This document shows positions 11,017-20,366 of a stretch of DNA of 52,636 nt, one piece after another. Location: assembly GCA_004212155.1 (NCBI GenBank), contig RXIG01000014.1:1-52636 (forward strand). The letters are read 5' to 3'. Positions within the stretch are counted from its first letter, which is position 1. Each line of letters opens with the position of its first letter. The DNA comes from an archaeon (GTDB lineage Archaea; Methanobacteriota_B; Thermococci; Methanofastidiosales; NM3). Below the pieces are notes generated by a model, which saw only the letters and a program-made list of their open reading frames with translations, had not been told where the DNA came from and made no database searches. The position numbers were made by a program, and so were the translations under genes.

Positions 11017-12036
11017 TCAGGGAAGCGTTATGGTGTCCGAACGCTCTATGAGGGCACAGATGAGCTCCACCGTACGTTCGAGGTCACACATGTCGACAAT
11101 CTCGTTGCCGGTGTGCATGTAGCGCAGCGGTATCAGCAGCGCCATAGTCGGCACGCCCCCGTTCGACTGGTAGACCGGCGCGGCATCGGTCTTTCCCTTC
11201 GAGATGTCGTATTGCAATGGTATCCCTAGCTCCTTTGCCGTTTCCTCTACGATCGCACGTAGTGGGGCACTCAGTATCATCCCGTCGTCCTTGAGCGTGA
11301 GCGCCGGTCCGCCGCCCAGCACGACGTTCGTGTCCTTTTTCTCCTTCTTCTGGGGCGTGTCGTAGGAAAACGTTACATCAAGGACGATGCAGAGGTCGGG
11401 GCGCACAGACTGCGCGGCCACATGGGCCCCGCGCGTTCCCACCTCCTCCTGTCCGGTGGCGACCGCATGGACGGTCCCCGGAAATTGATCGAGGCGCCGA
11501 CACACCTCAAGCATGACGCAGACGCCGGACCTGTTATCAAACGCCTTCGAGATGAATCTCGAGCCGATGAGCGGCGCGAACGGTGAGACGCGCGTGATGG
11601 CCGTACCGATGCGTATGCCCTCTCGCTCGACATCCTCGCGGCTTGACGCACCGATGTCCACATAGAGGTCGTTAAACGTTGGTTTCTTGTCGTTTGGCTT
11701 CTCCTTTTGCTCGACGATGCCGCTTGCTGTCGTGCCTACGATGACGCGCTGGCCAAGAAGCCGGTATGTGTCGATCGACCCCAGGGGATCGATATAGAGG
11801 AATCCATCGTCATCGATATAGCGCACCATGGCGCCGACCTCGTCCATGTGGGCGCACAGCATCACGGACGGGCCGGGATGTGTGCCCTCCTTCGTGAGGA
11901 CAACGTTGCCAAGCGCATCGCGTCGCGTCTCGTACATGTTGCGCGCCGCCTCCTCGGCGACGATGCCTGCCACTTCGTGCTCCTGCCCCGGCACGCCGTG
12001 GGCAGAGCATAATCGTCTCAAGAGCTCTTCCATCAT
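11017..12036 (-). CDS. M42 family aminopeptidase (TET/FrvX) paralog 3
   Basis: AHMDEVG, KAFDNR, QEEVG, LDVT, RYMHT; GGAGG before ATG 12036. Confidence 0.92.
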   Translation of the reverse strand: MMEELLRRLCSAHGVPGQEHEVAGIVAEEAARNMYETRRDALGNVVLTKEGTHPGPSVMLCAHMDEVGAMVRYIDDDGFLYIDPLGSIDTYRLLGQRVIVGTTASGIVEQKEKPNDKKPTFNDLYVDIGASSREDVEREGIRIGTAITRVSPFAPLIGSRFISKAFDNRSGVCVMLEVCRRLDQFPGTVHAVATGQEEVGTRGAHVAAQSVRPDLCIVLDVTFSYDTPQKKEKKDTNVVLGGGPALTLKDDGMILSAPLRAIVEETAKELGIPLQYDISKGKTDAAPVYQSNGGVPTMALLIPLRYMHTGNEIVDMCDLERTVELICALIERSDTITLP

Positions 12037-13025
12037 ACTCCCTCCGCGAGATAGCGTGCCGTGGCACCTATCAATTCCTTCATGTGTATCACATCGTTCC
12101 ACTTCGCCATTGCGCATGGCGAATGGATATACCTGCACGGCGCGGCGATGACGCCGCTTGGCGTCCCCTTGCCGCCGATGTGGAACGCCCCCGCGTCCGT
12201 GCCTCCCGCAAGCGGGCGCTTGTACTGGTACGGTATGTCGTTTTCATCCGCCGCGCACCCAATGGCTTCGAGAACAGTTGTATGTGCGATGAGGGTCCTG
12301 TCGGCGATCGTCACAGCCGGGCCGTGACCCATGCGGGGCATGCGCTCCTCTTCAGAGAGCGACGGATGGTCGAGCGCAAACGTGCCCTCGCACGCGATGG
12401 CATAATCGCATTCGATGCGCGAGCGGACCACGGATGCACCGCGCAGCCCCACTTCTTCCTGGACGGTGAACACGCATGTGAGCGGGACTCCGAGGCGCTC
12501 CTGGAGCAGTTCGATGAGGCAGTAGCATCCAATGCGGTCGTCAAACGCCTTGCCATATATCGTGTCGTCCCTCCGGAGAAACGGCGTGTCGAAGGTGACC
12601 ATGTCGCCGATCTCGATAGACGGGTGGGCCTCCCCCACGTCGATGCGCAGCTTTTCCTTGGGAAGTGGCTTTTTCCTGTCCGTCGACGATTGCAGATGCA
12701 CGGCGGGAAGCCCGATCACTCCCGCATGGCCGTGGGGACCCACGCGCACCGTCGTTCCTGGCAGGAGCGAATCCCTGATGCCCCCCACCGTGTCGAATGT
12801 GAGCCACCCGTTCTTCTCGTCGCTGCCCGTTACCATAAGGCCCACCTCGTCCATATGGGCAAGGAGGCACACATGGCTCCCGTCCCCATCCTGGTGTGCA
12901 TAGAGATTGCCAAGCGAATCGGTCGTGAGGGTGTCGCAGTGGGGTTCTATCTGTTCGGTGATGAATGTGCGCACCTCATGCTCATATCCAGAGATGCCAC
13001 GCAGCTCCGTAAGCGCGCCTAGCAT
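12033..13025 (-). CDS. M42 family aminopeptidase paralog 2
   Basis: AHMDEVG, KAFDDR, QEEVGLRG, CEGT, GGTDAG, RYIHS. Confidence 0.92.
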   Translation of the reverse strand: MLGALTELRGISGYEHEVRTFITEQIEPHCDTLTTDSLGNLYAHQDGDGSHVCLLAHMDEVGLMVTGSDEKNGWLTFDTVGGIRDSLLPGTTVRVGPHGHAGVIGLPAVHLQSSTDRKKPLPKEKLRIDVGEAHPSIEIGDMVTFDTPFLRRDDTIYGKAFDDRIGCYCLIELLQERLGVPLTCVFTVQEEVGLRGASVVRSRIECDYAIACEGTFALDHPSLSEEERMPRMGHGPAVTIADRTLIAHTTVLEAIGCAADENDIPYQYKRPLAGGTDAGAFHIGGKGTPSGVIAAPCRYIHSPCAMAKWNDVIHMKELIGATARYLAEGV

Positions 13026-14044
13026 GCTATGGCCTCCACGTACGATTCATCAAGCGAGGATAAAAACGAGCTGACGAGGCGCTGTGTCGCCTTGATGTCG
13101 CGCATGTCGGCAACCTCGGCGGGCGTGTGCAGGTAGCGCGTGGGTATGCTGAGAAGCGCCGTGGCAACACCCCTTCCTGCGGTCTGCATGCTTCGCAGGT
13201 TGGTGGGCGTTGCGCCCGCGTAGGCCTTGATGGTATGGGCGATCCCGTCGTTTTTAGCCGTTTCGCGCAGGCGCGAGAAGAGCGAGTGGTGAATGTTTGC
13301 TCCAACGCCAATGATGGTGCCAGAGCCAAGTGTTCGAGTCTTTTCCCGCGGGACGCCGTACATGTCGCCGTGGGTCGTGTCGATGGAAAGCGCCAGCGCC
13401 GGGGCAGACGATGTCAACGCCGCATACGCACCGCGCGTTCCCACCTCCTCCTGCGAGGAGAAGAGGAATGCGAGATTGAACGGAACGTCAAGCTTGCGCG
13501 AGAGCGAGCAGAGGACCGTGCAGCCGGCCCTGTTGTCCAGCGCCTTCGAGCATACCTTGTGCTGGCCCACCTGCCGAAGTCTTGTCGAGAACGTGACCGG
13601 GCTCCCTACGGGCACGGTCTCCCGGGCCTCGCGCCCCGACATGCCGATGTCGAGCGGGAGGTCGCCAAGCTCAGGAACGGTGGATCCATGGGCGATATGA
13701 GGGGGCATGTCGCTGACGATGCCGCGCAACAGGCTATTGCCGTGCACGAGAAGGCATGCGCCAGAAAGCGCCTTCGTGTCAATGCCGCCGACGGCATCAA
13801 GATAGAGGTAGCCGTCGTCATCGATATATTTGACGATGAATCCCACCTCGTCCATATGCGCGTCAAGAAGGACAGTGGGGGCGCCTGGCGTGGTCTCCTT
13901 CATACAGAGGAGATTGCCCATGGCGTCGCGGCCATATGAGGTGAAGTCCCCATGCTGAATAATGCTCGTTGCGACCTCATCCTCATGCCCTGCGATCCCG
14001 TGACAAGCAGTGAATGTTTCAAGAATCGTTCTCAAATGGGCCAT
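13019..14044 (-). CDS. M42 family aminopeptidase paralog 1
   Basis: DAHMDEVG, KALDNR, QEEVG, IDTT, RYLHT; ATG 14044. Confidence 0.92.
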   Translation of the reverse strand: MAHLRTILETFTACHGIAGHEDEVATSIIQHGDFTSYGRDAMGNLLCMKETTPGAPTVLLDAHMDEVGFIVKYIDDDGYLYLDAVGGIDTKALSGACLLVHGNSLLRGIVSDMPPHIAHGSTVPELGDLPLDIGMSGREARETVPVGSPVTFSTRLRQVGQHKVCSKALDNRAGCTVLCSLSRKLDVPFNLAFLFSSQEEVGTRGAYAALTSSAPALALSIDTTHGDMYGVPREKTRTLGSGTIIGVGANIHHSLFSRLRETAKNDGIAHTIKAYAGATPTNLRSMQTAGRGVATALLSIPTRYLHTPAEVADMRDIKATQRLVSSFLSSLDESYVEAIAC

Positions 14045-14404
14045 GATAGAAGTGAAGGCCGCATCTAGAAAAATGTTTGTATATGGTTTGAGGATTCGTT
14101 TCATGGCGCACCGTACGAACACGGGCACAGGGCGTGAGCGTAACTCGTTAACTGATTTGACAGCGACCGATCGACCGCTCCCCTTCTATGTCACTACCCA
14201 TTCCATTACAAGGTGTTTGGAACGTCTCTTTGCGAATTTTGAAGGAAATGGCACAAATGCATTCCCATATGCCCTTTCCATACATATATCACCAATTCTG
14301 CAATGAATCTATTCAAAAATCCTGGATCGCACCCCCTGTCCAGGCGGTATGAAAACCACTACATTTATAAATCGTAAAAAGCTTCTCATCTTAGAGGTGT
14401 AACA

Positions 14405-14848
14405 ATGGCTATCGTAGGTGTACGCATTGACAAAATAGAGGCATCGAGGAACAACCAGACCAAGGTCGATGGATCCGTCCGGATTGGCTCCTCACCCCGA
14501 ATACTCTCGATCACAGAAAATCAGGTCCCGAGCGCGACCGGAAAGATGAACGTGCTCGAGGTCGGATTCGAATACTTCATCAACTACGACCCGGCACTCG
14601 GGTCGATACGTATTGACGGCGCCGTGCTCGCCCAGGAAAAGGACGAGAGGAAAAAGAAGGTCCTCAACGACTGGAAGTCGGAACGAAAGCTTCCCCAGGA
14701 CTTCTCGACCGAGATCCTCAAGCAGCTCACGCAACGCTCGATGCTTATCAGCATGTTGCTTGCACGCGAGATGGGGCTTCCCAGCCCGCTGCCGCTCAGG
14801 ATCAGCCAGCAGGAAGCGGCGTCGGCCCAAGAGCCAACGCAGCAGTGA
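14405..14848 (+). CDS. Conserved archaeal hypothetical protein (possibly SecB-like fold)
   Basis: TTTATAAA box and GAGGTG upstream; beta-rich N-half and C-terminal 'LAREMGLPSPLPL'. Confidence 0.65.
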   Translation: MAIVGVRIDKIEASRNNQTKVDGSVRIGSSPRILSITENQVPSATGKMNVLEVGFEYFINYDPALGSIRIDGAVLAQEKDERKKKVLNDWKSERKLPQDFSTEILKQLTQRSMLISMLLAREMGLPSPLPLRISQQEAASAQEPTQQ

Positions 14849-16174
14849 TCACAATCTCTTCTTCAAGAAAGCCCCCAGCACCTCATCGAGGTCGGGCTTT
14901 CCCAATTCTTGCAGTTCGTAGTGTATCCTTACGTAGGGTTTGCCGATGTCCATTATCCTGGTGAGGTCGATGGGCGTGCCCATGACGACCACGTCGCACT
15001 CGGCCGCCGCCACGGTCTGCTGGAGGTCGCGCACCTGTTTATCCCCATAGCCCATGGCGGGAAGCACCTTCGTCAGGTGGGGGTAGGCGGCAAAGGTCTC
15101 CTTGAGCGATCCGTGTAGGTAGGGCCTGGGATCGACGATCTCCTTGGCGCCGTACTTTTGTGCAGCGACGTAACCGGCACCGTACTCCATATCGCCGTGT
15201 GTCACGGTGGGGCCGTCCTCGATGACCAGTGCCCGCTTGCCCTTGATCAGTGAGGGGTCGGTAACGGATATGGGCGATGCGGCCTCTATTATCGTGGCAT
15301 CGGGATTGACGTCAAGCAGATTGTTGCGCACCCGGCGCACTTCCTCCCCGCTTGCCGTGTCGGCCTTGTTGATGATGCACACGTCGGCCATCCTGGCGTT
15401 TGCCTCGCCTGGGTAGTACGACAGCTCGTTGCCGGAGCGTAGGGGGTCTGCCACGACGATATAGAGGTCAGACCTGTAGAACGAGAAGTCATTGTTGCCG
15501 CCGTCCCAGAGCACGATGTCCGCTTCCTTTTCAGCTTCACGGATGATCTGTTCGTAGTCGACACCGGCGTAGACGACGATGTCGTTGTCGATATGTGGTT
15601 CGTATTCCTCGCGCTCCTCGATGGTGGTGTCATACCTGTCGAGGTCCTCATACGATGCGAACCGCTGGCACCGCTGCGCATCGAGGTCCCCGTAGGGCAT
15701 CGGGTGCCGTATGGCGACCACCTTGAAGCCCTTTTCCTTGAGGTATTGTGCTATCTTTCGTGATACCTGGCTTTTGCCGCTGCCCGTCCTGGTCGCGCAT
15801 ACCGATATGAGCGGCTTGGACGATGTGAGCATCGTCGTGTTGGGCCCCATGAGTCGATAATCCGCGCCTGCCGCGAGCACGCGTGAACCAAGTTGCATGA
15901 CGTGCGAGTACGGGAGATCCGAGTACGCCATAACCACCTCGTCGATGCCGTGGTCGGCGATAAGGTCTTCGAGCTCTTCCTCCTGATGGATGGGTATGCC
16001 ATCTGGGTAGAGCTCTCCAGCGAGCTCGGGAGGATATTTTCTATTGTAAATGTCAGGTATTTGTGCAGCCGTGAACGCTACCACCTCATAGGACGGGTCG
16101 TCCCTGAAGTGTACGTTGAAGTTGTGGAAATCTCGACCTGCTGCACCAAGGATCACTACTTTCTTTTTCGCCAT
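14849..16174 (-). CDS. COG2403 P-loop NTPase (cyclic 2,3-diphosphoglycerate synthetase / arginine synthetase-like family)
   Basis: GAAGRDFHNFN, ATRTGSGKSQ, RHPMPYGDL, TIEEREEYE, WDGGNND, EDGPT, LPAMGY. Confidence 0.88.
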   Translation of the reverse strand: MAKKKVVILGAAGRDFHNFNVHFRDDPSYEVVAFTAAQIPDIYNRKYPPELAGELYPDGIPIHQEEELEDLIADHGIDEVVMAYSDLPYSHVMQLGSRVLAAGADYRLMGPNTTMLTSSKPLISVCATRTGSGKSQVSRKIAQYLKEKGFKVVAIRHPMPYGDLDAQRCQRFASYEDLDRYDTTIEEREEYEPHIDNDIVVYAGVDYEQIIREAEKEADIVLWDGGNNDFSFYRSDLYIVVADPLRSGNELSYYPGEANARMADVCIINKADTASGEEVRRVRNNLLDVNPDATIIEAASPISVTDPSLIKGKRALVIEDGPTVTHGDMEYGAGYVAAQKYGAKEIVDPRPYLHGSLKETFAAYPHLTKVLPAMGYGDKQVRDLQQTVAAAECDVVVMGTPIDLTRIMDIGKPYVRIHYELQELGKPDLDEVLGAFLKKRL

Positions 16175-16219
16175 ACATGTCACCATTATATAGTGAATGA
16201 GAAAATATATAAGCATATC

Positions 16220-18457
16220 TCATCGCGCGTAGCGCTTGATGGCGGAGAGCAGTGTGGTAAAGGACGATGGATGGTATGCCGAAGGGACCTTGGTTCCGTC
16301 GATGTAGACGCCTGGCGTACGTTCATCCCACTGCGTGATCGTATACCGTAGCTTTCCTCCCGAATAGTGAGAGGCCAGGGCGATGATGTTGAGGATGTCC
16401 TCTGAGAGCTCTGAGTCCTTTTTTAGATACAGCTCGACCGTCGTTATGGGAAGCTCGCGAAGCTCGTTTATGAATTCGGACGCCTTCTTGGCGTAGAGGA
16501 GCGCGTTGCTCTTCGGGTGGTCGATAAAGAGCATGTGCTCATGGAGCGGTTTTCCGTAGTGCGCCCAGAGCGCACCCATTTCACAGCTTGCCATGAGCTC
16601 TCCCGGGGACGATGCGTAGAACATCCCGAAGTGGTAGGCGCGCTGCGACTCGAGCTCGAGTCCGCCGGTAAATCGCATGCATCCCTTGTTCCTGCAGTTC
16701 CTGCATCTCCCTGCAAAGCAAGACATGTAGATTTCCTGGTAGGTCTCCTGTACGGTTCGAAGGAACGTCAGGAGGCCGGACACGTCGTTGATCGAACCAG
16801 TGTAGACCTGTCCGTTGACAACGATGACAGGCGTGCGGGCATGCCCCTTGTAGACCTTGCTGAAATAGTCAGCTGCGGCCTCATCCTTGTAGATGTCGTA
16901 TCGCTCAAGCGAGTATCCCGCTGTTTCCTCGAGCCTGGCGAGGAGTCGGGGCATGTCCGTATACGACTTGTAGTATGCCTTTATTGACACGGCAATGGGC
17001 CAGGGACGTTCGTACGTTGGCTCCTGGGACGTCTCGGGCGCCTTTGAAGCCGGGATGCCCGTGGGCCTTGCAGGGCGCGGAGGCGCCATGCGGGGTGCCT
17101 CATACGACCCATACTCTTCCTCTTCTGCCTCATGGGGCACACGCTTGCCCCTGCGCACGACGTCAAACGACAGCGAAAGCGCCCCATCCCTGCTCTTGCA
17201 CGCCTCAACGCATTCGCCGCACAGTATGCAGTTCGTCTGTTCGTTCTTGATGGTGTTGACGACCTTCTTCACAGGGGTCGACATGTCACCAGTCTTGCTC
17301 AAAAACGCCACGGGGTCGAGCTCCATGGGGCATGCCTTCCTGCACAGTCCACAGTTTGAACAGCGATCGGGATCGAGGTGAAGGCGCAAAAGCGATATGT
17401 GATTGAAGTGACCCGCAAGGTGGCCAAGCGGGCAGAAGTACCTGCACCAGTAGCGCGATATCACGACGGCCAAGAGGATAAGCGATACGAATATGATGAT
17501 GCGCACGACGTAGAGGGGGTCGGGAAATACGTTGTGGATGACGCGGTAGGGAAACGCCGCTTCGAGGAGCCCCGCCGGACAGAGCTTGCAAAACCATGTG
17601 TCGACGAGCTTCCATGCGGTCACGATCATCGCGACAAAGACCGCCGACCTCGTGAAGTATGTAAGGATGCCTATATTGTCCTTGTGCCGGCGCACTGCCT
17701 CGTGTGGCATGCCTGCCTCATCCTTCTTGAATGGCGCGATGAAGACGCGCCGCAGCGCAGACGACGTGTGCTTGCGCGTGAACTTGACCTCCGTGACCTT
17801 GTCGATGACGTCATGTAGGAATCCAAATGGGCAAGCCCAACCGCAAAACGCCCTGCCCACCACCGTGTAGAGTGCAAAGAACGATCCGAATAGGTAGTAT
17901 GGCACATCGCCCATGATCACCCAGTTCTGGATAAGGCCTATTGGACATCCCGCGGTCGCCCACGGGCACGCGTAGCAATGGAGCCCCGGCGCTATGAGGT
18001 GTTTTGCCACAATGCCGAGCGCACCGAGATTGAACATGATAAGCGAGAACGTCTGGTAGAGCTTTCGCTTGTTTGAAAGCGAGCTTTTGAGTTTGAGTAT
18101 CGCATAGGAGAGCCCAATGATGATCACGAAGAGCCCGATCGTCTCCGGCATGACCGATAAGGGGTGAGGTAGCTCGCCGCCGCGCACCTCGTATCTGAAA
18201 AGGGTAATGCCATAGAGCGCGGTGGCGCTCAGAAATATGGTGATAAAGAAGATGGACTTTCTCGCAAGCAGATTCGATGCCCCAATGGTGAGCAGAAGCA
18301 GCCCGATATAGCCCATCGTGAGCGTGAGCGCAGAATAGCCCTTTGTCCCCAAAAGCCCCACCGAGATGGAAAGCAGGCTAAGCAAGAGTATGGCAAGCCC
18401 TATGGTGACCATAATCTTCCAGGCAATCGATTCCCTAGGTGCTCGTCGTTGTTCCAA
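16220..18457 (-). CDS. Membrane 4Fe-4S-binding protein (NapH/MauN-like) with long C-terminal extension
   Basis: TM helices, PGLHCYACP...CPIG, GRAFCGWACPFG, FCKLCPAG, WCRYFCPLG, two CxxCxxCxxxC motifs; GGTGAT before TTG. Confidence 0.85.
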   Translation of the reverse strand: MEQRRAPRESIAWKIMVTIGLAILLLSLLSISVGLLGTKGYSALTLTMGYIGLLLLTIGASNLLARKSIFFITIFLSATALYGITLFRYEVRGGELPHPLSVMPETIGLFVIIIGLSYAILKLKSSLSNKRKLYQTFSLIMFNLGALGIVAKHLIAPGLHCYACPWATAGCPIGLIQNWVIMGDVPYYLFGSFFALYTVVGRAFCGWACPFGFLHDVIDKVTEVKFTRKHTSSALRRVFIAPFKKDEAGMPHEAVRRHKDNIGILTYFTRSAVFVAMIVTAWKLVDTWFCKLCPAGLLEAAFPYRVIHNVFPDPLYVVRIIIFVSLILLAVVISRYWCRYFCPLGHLAGHFNHISLLRLHLDPDRCSNCGLCRKACPMELDPVAFLSKTGDMSTPVKKVVNTIKNEQTNCILCGECVEACKSRDGALSLSFDVVRRGKRVPHEAEEEEYGSYEAPRMAPPRPARPTGIPASKAPETSQEPTYERPWPIAVSIKAYYKSYTDMPRLLARLEETAGYSLERYDIYKDEAAADYFSKVYKGHARTPVIVVNGQVYTGSINDVSGLLTFLRTVQETYQEIYMSCFAGRCRNCRNKGCMRFTGGLELESQRAYHFGMFYASSPGELMASCEMGALWAHYGKPLHEHMLFIDHPKSNALLYAKKASEFINELRELPITTVELYLKKDSELSEDILNIIALASHYSGGKLRYTITQWDERTPGVYIDGTKVPSAYHPSSFTTLLSAIKRYAR

Positions 18458-18977
18458 ACTTTATCACCATGTCAATGACCTGTACGATGTAGCGCATGTC
18501 GTTTGTGGGGTACCCTTCGAGGTACGATTCGTACAACCAGCTCTCATACTCGCCGTCGTCCTCGTCGGTAACGACCATCCATGGAACGCCTACATTCTCG
18601 GCCTGGGAATCATACCTCTCCGCAAGCTCTCTGAATCTTTCGACATCATCTTCGAACTTCACCTCCTCCACTGTGACCTTGTTGGTGAACTTCGCGAGCT
18701 CGTTGCACATGCTGATGACGCGAGGGCATGACTTGCACGTTTCCGTGGAGAAGATGTAGATGATGACGTCGTCGTTAAACGTCGTGTACTTCATGCGTGT
18801 GAAGTCGTCGATGGTAAGCTCATCGCTTGTCGTCCCGGTAAGGCCGAGGCAGGACAGGCATACCACCGATGAGATGTTCCTGCTCCTCGTCACGTCCTCG
18901 TTTTCCGGCAAGGTACCTACGTAGAGAAAAGCGATGCCCAACATGATAACCAGGTACGGAGCGAGTCGGCGCTTCAT
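18435..18977 (-). CDS. Membrane-anchored CxxC protein (CD1871A-like 'CLSCLG') fused to thioredoxin domain (CKSC)
   Basis: TM helix, VVCLSCLGL, then YIFSTETCKSCP...GVPW. Confidence 0.75.
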   Translation of the reverse strand: MKRRLAPYLVIMLGIAFLYVGTLPENEDVTRSRNISSVVCLSCLGLTGTTSDELTIDDFTRMKYTTFNDDVIIYIFSTETCKSCPRVISMCNELAKFTNKVTVEEVKFEDDVERFRELAERYDSQAENVGVPWMVVTDEDDGEYESWLYESYLEGYPTNDMRYIVQVIDMVIKFGTTTST

Positions 18978-18982
18978 ATGGT

Positions 18983-19645
18983 TCACCTTTGGTCTAGTCC
19001 CAAATAAAGCTTATCATATATTTTGTCCCATTTCACGCATGTCTCGATGCAACCGGTCGTATCAAGCAACACGCCCTGCACCGCTATGCCCGCGTGCTGA
19101 GCCGTCTGCATGCCCTCGAGAAGGTCGGTCGCGCATCCGACGCCCAGTACCGCTCGCGGGCGTTCGTTGGCTATGATGCGCCGCACGAACGTGCCGCCAG
19201 GCACGATGAAGACATGATAGCCCAGGGTTTCTGCCTGTTCCATGAACTGGTCTATCGTGCACTTGCCGCATCGCTGGCAGCTGATGCCGTCCTTGGCGGA
19301 AAGCTTTGCGGGGCAGTTGATCGAACGAAGGCATTGTGGGAGCACAACAAGCCGCTCGTCGACGCTCGTATCGGAAAATCTGCGCTTATGAATGTTGTTC
19401 TTGAGCGATACATCAAGCTCGTCGATAACAGAAGGCTCAAGTCGAAGGAGCTCAAAGACCTTCTTGAAAATAGGGTTGAACGTGTCTACGAGGAATGAGA
19501 GAAAGGACGGAAAGATGAACTTGCCAACGCGTAAGGACACCAAGAATTGCATGAGCCCTATCACGACAAGTATGAGGAGCACCAGAAAAAGGTATACGAC
19601 AATCTCGCCCACGAGTTGAAAGAATGATCCTGTGAAAGGGGACAT
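18983..19645 (-). CDS. DUF116 domain protein
   Basis: LPQCLRSINCPA, CQRCGKC, FIVPGG, GVGC, GC; N-terminal TM. Confidence 0.88.
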   Translation of the reverse strand: MSPFTGSFFQLVGEIVVYLFLVLLILVVIGLMQFLVSLRVGKFIFPSFLSFLVDTFNPIFKKVFELLRLEPSVIDELDVSLKNNIHKRRFSDTSVDERLVVLPQCLRSINCPAKLSAKDGISCQRCGKCTIDQFMEQAETLGYHVFIVPGGTFVRRIIANERPRAVLGVGCATDLLEGMQTAQHAGIAVQGVLLDTTGCIETCVKWDKIYDKLYLGLDQR

Positions 19646-19700
19646 GGCATTCACTATGCATATGAGGGCGATTTAGTAGATACTTAAATGTTTCTAACCG

Positions 19701-20081
19701 TGTGGATTTGCACATAAAGACAACTTTGAACATGCGGGCCCTGTCGACTGAACATAAAGTTTCTATCCTTCTTTCCCCACTTGTTATACGCTATCCCTTA
19801 CCTATCTTCTTTATGCGTTCTCATCACAGTAACTGTCTTGCACGCGTATCGAACGCGCCAGTTGGCGCTGCGAGGCGGTGCGTCAGCTGGGTCCTGTTTG
19901 TCGCCGGAGACGGCAGCGTTGTCAACGCTGACGTGAACGCTGCATACAACATAATACGAAAAGCATTCCCCGATGCATTAGCGAAGGGAATAGAGGATGC
20001 CAGCTTGCATCCGGCATGCATGCCGCTTGGCACTGCGTGCGAATGCACATGAGAAGAGACGATTTTATGTGCAAAGCCACA
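19701..20081 (+). mobile_element. Non-autonomous, internally deleted tnpB element (MITE-like derivative, IS200/605-IS607 type)
   Basis: 19708-19872 is homologous to 52391-52556; remnant NADVNAAYNIIRKAFP is the TnpB C-terminus; ends TGTGGATTTGCACATAAA (19701-19718) and TTTATGTGCAAAGCCACA (20064-20081) are 17/18 inverted. Confidence 0.85.
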
Positions 20082-20127
20082 AAACTTTATTAAGATGATA
20101 TAAACACCATCACACGGTGACAATCAC

Positions 20128-20361
20128 ATGGACTTGACCCAGGAAGAGATTGAAGAAACGGACAGGAAAAACATCAGGCTCGTCTTCGAGCGCACGGGCG
20201 TCTCTCCCTCAGAAGATGAGGTTGAAAAGACCAGGCTGGCAATGCTCAAGGCAATAGCGCTCAAGCAGATCGCGGCAAACGCACTTGTCGAAGACGATGC
20301 AGAGAACCAAGAGATGCTTATAGCCACCTACACGTCTGCGTTATGTTCGCTCCTTAAGTGA
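20128..20361 (+). CDS. Small hypothetical protein
   Basis: TTTATTAA box and GGTGA upstream; 77 aa; runs into next gene. Confidence 0.6.
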   Translation: MDLTQEEIEETDRKNIRLVFERTGVSPSEDEVEKTRLAMLKAIALKQIAANALVEDDAENQEMLIATYTSALCSLLK

Positions 20362-20366
20362 AGGCG

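Noticed and set aside
12084-13939. Long antisense and alternate-frame ORFs (e.g. 12084-13022, 13127-13939, 2876-3700, 51049-52287)
   Set aside because: Shadow ORFs of GC-rich genes with no motifs; the overlapping frame holds a clear gene.
19696-20086. Tn7/CAST-type element based on TGT...ACA ends
   Set aside because: No 5-bp target duplication, no tns genes, and the second copy begins TGC rather than TGT.
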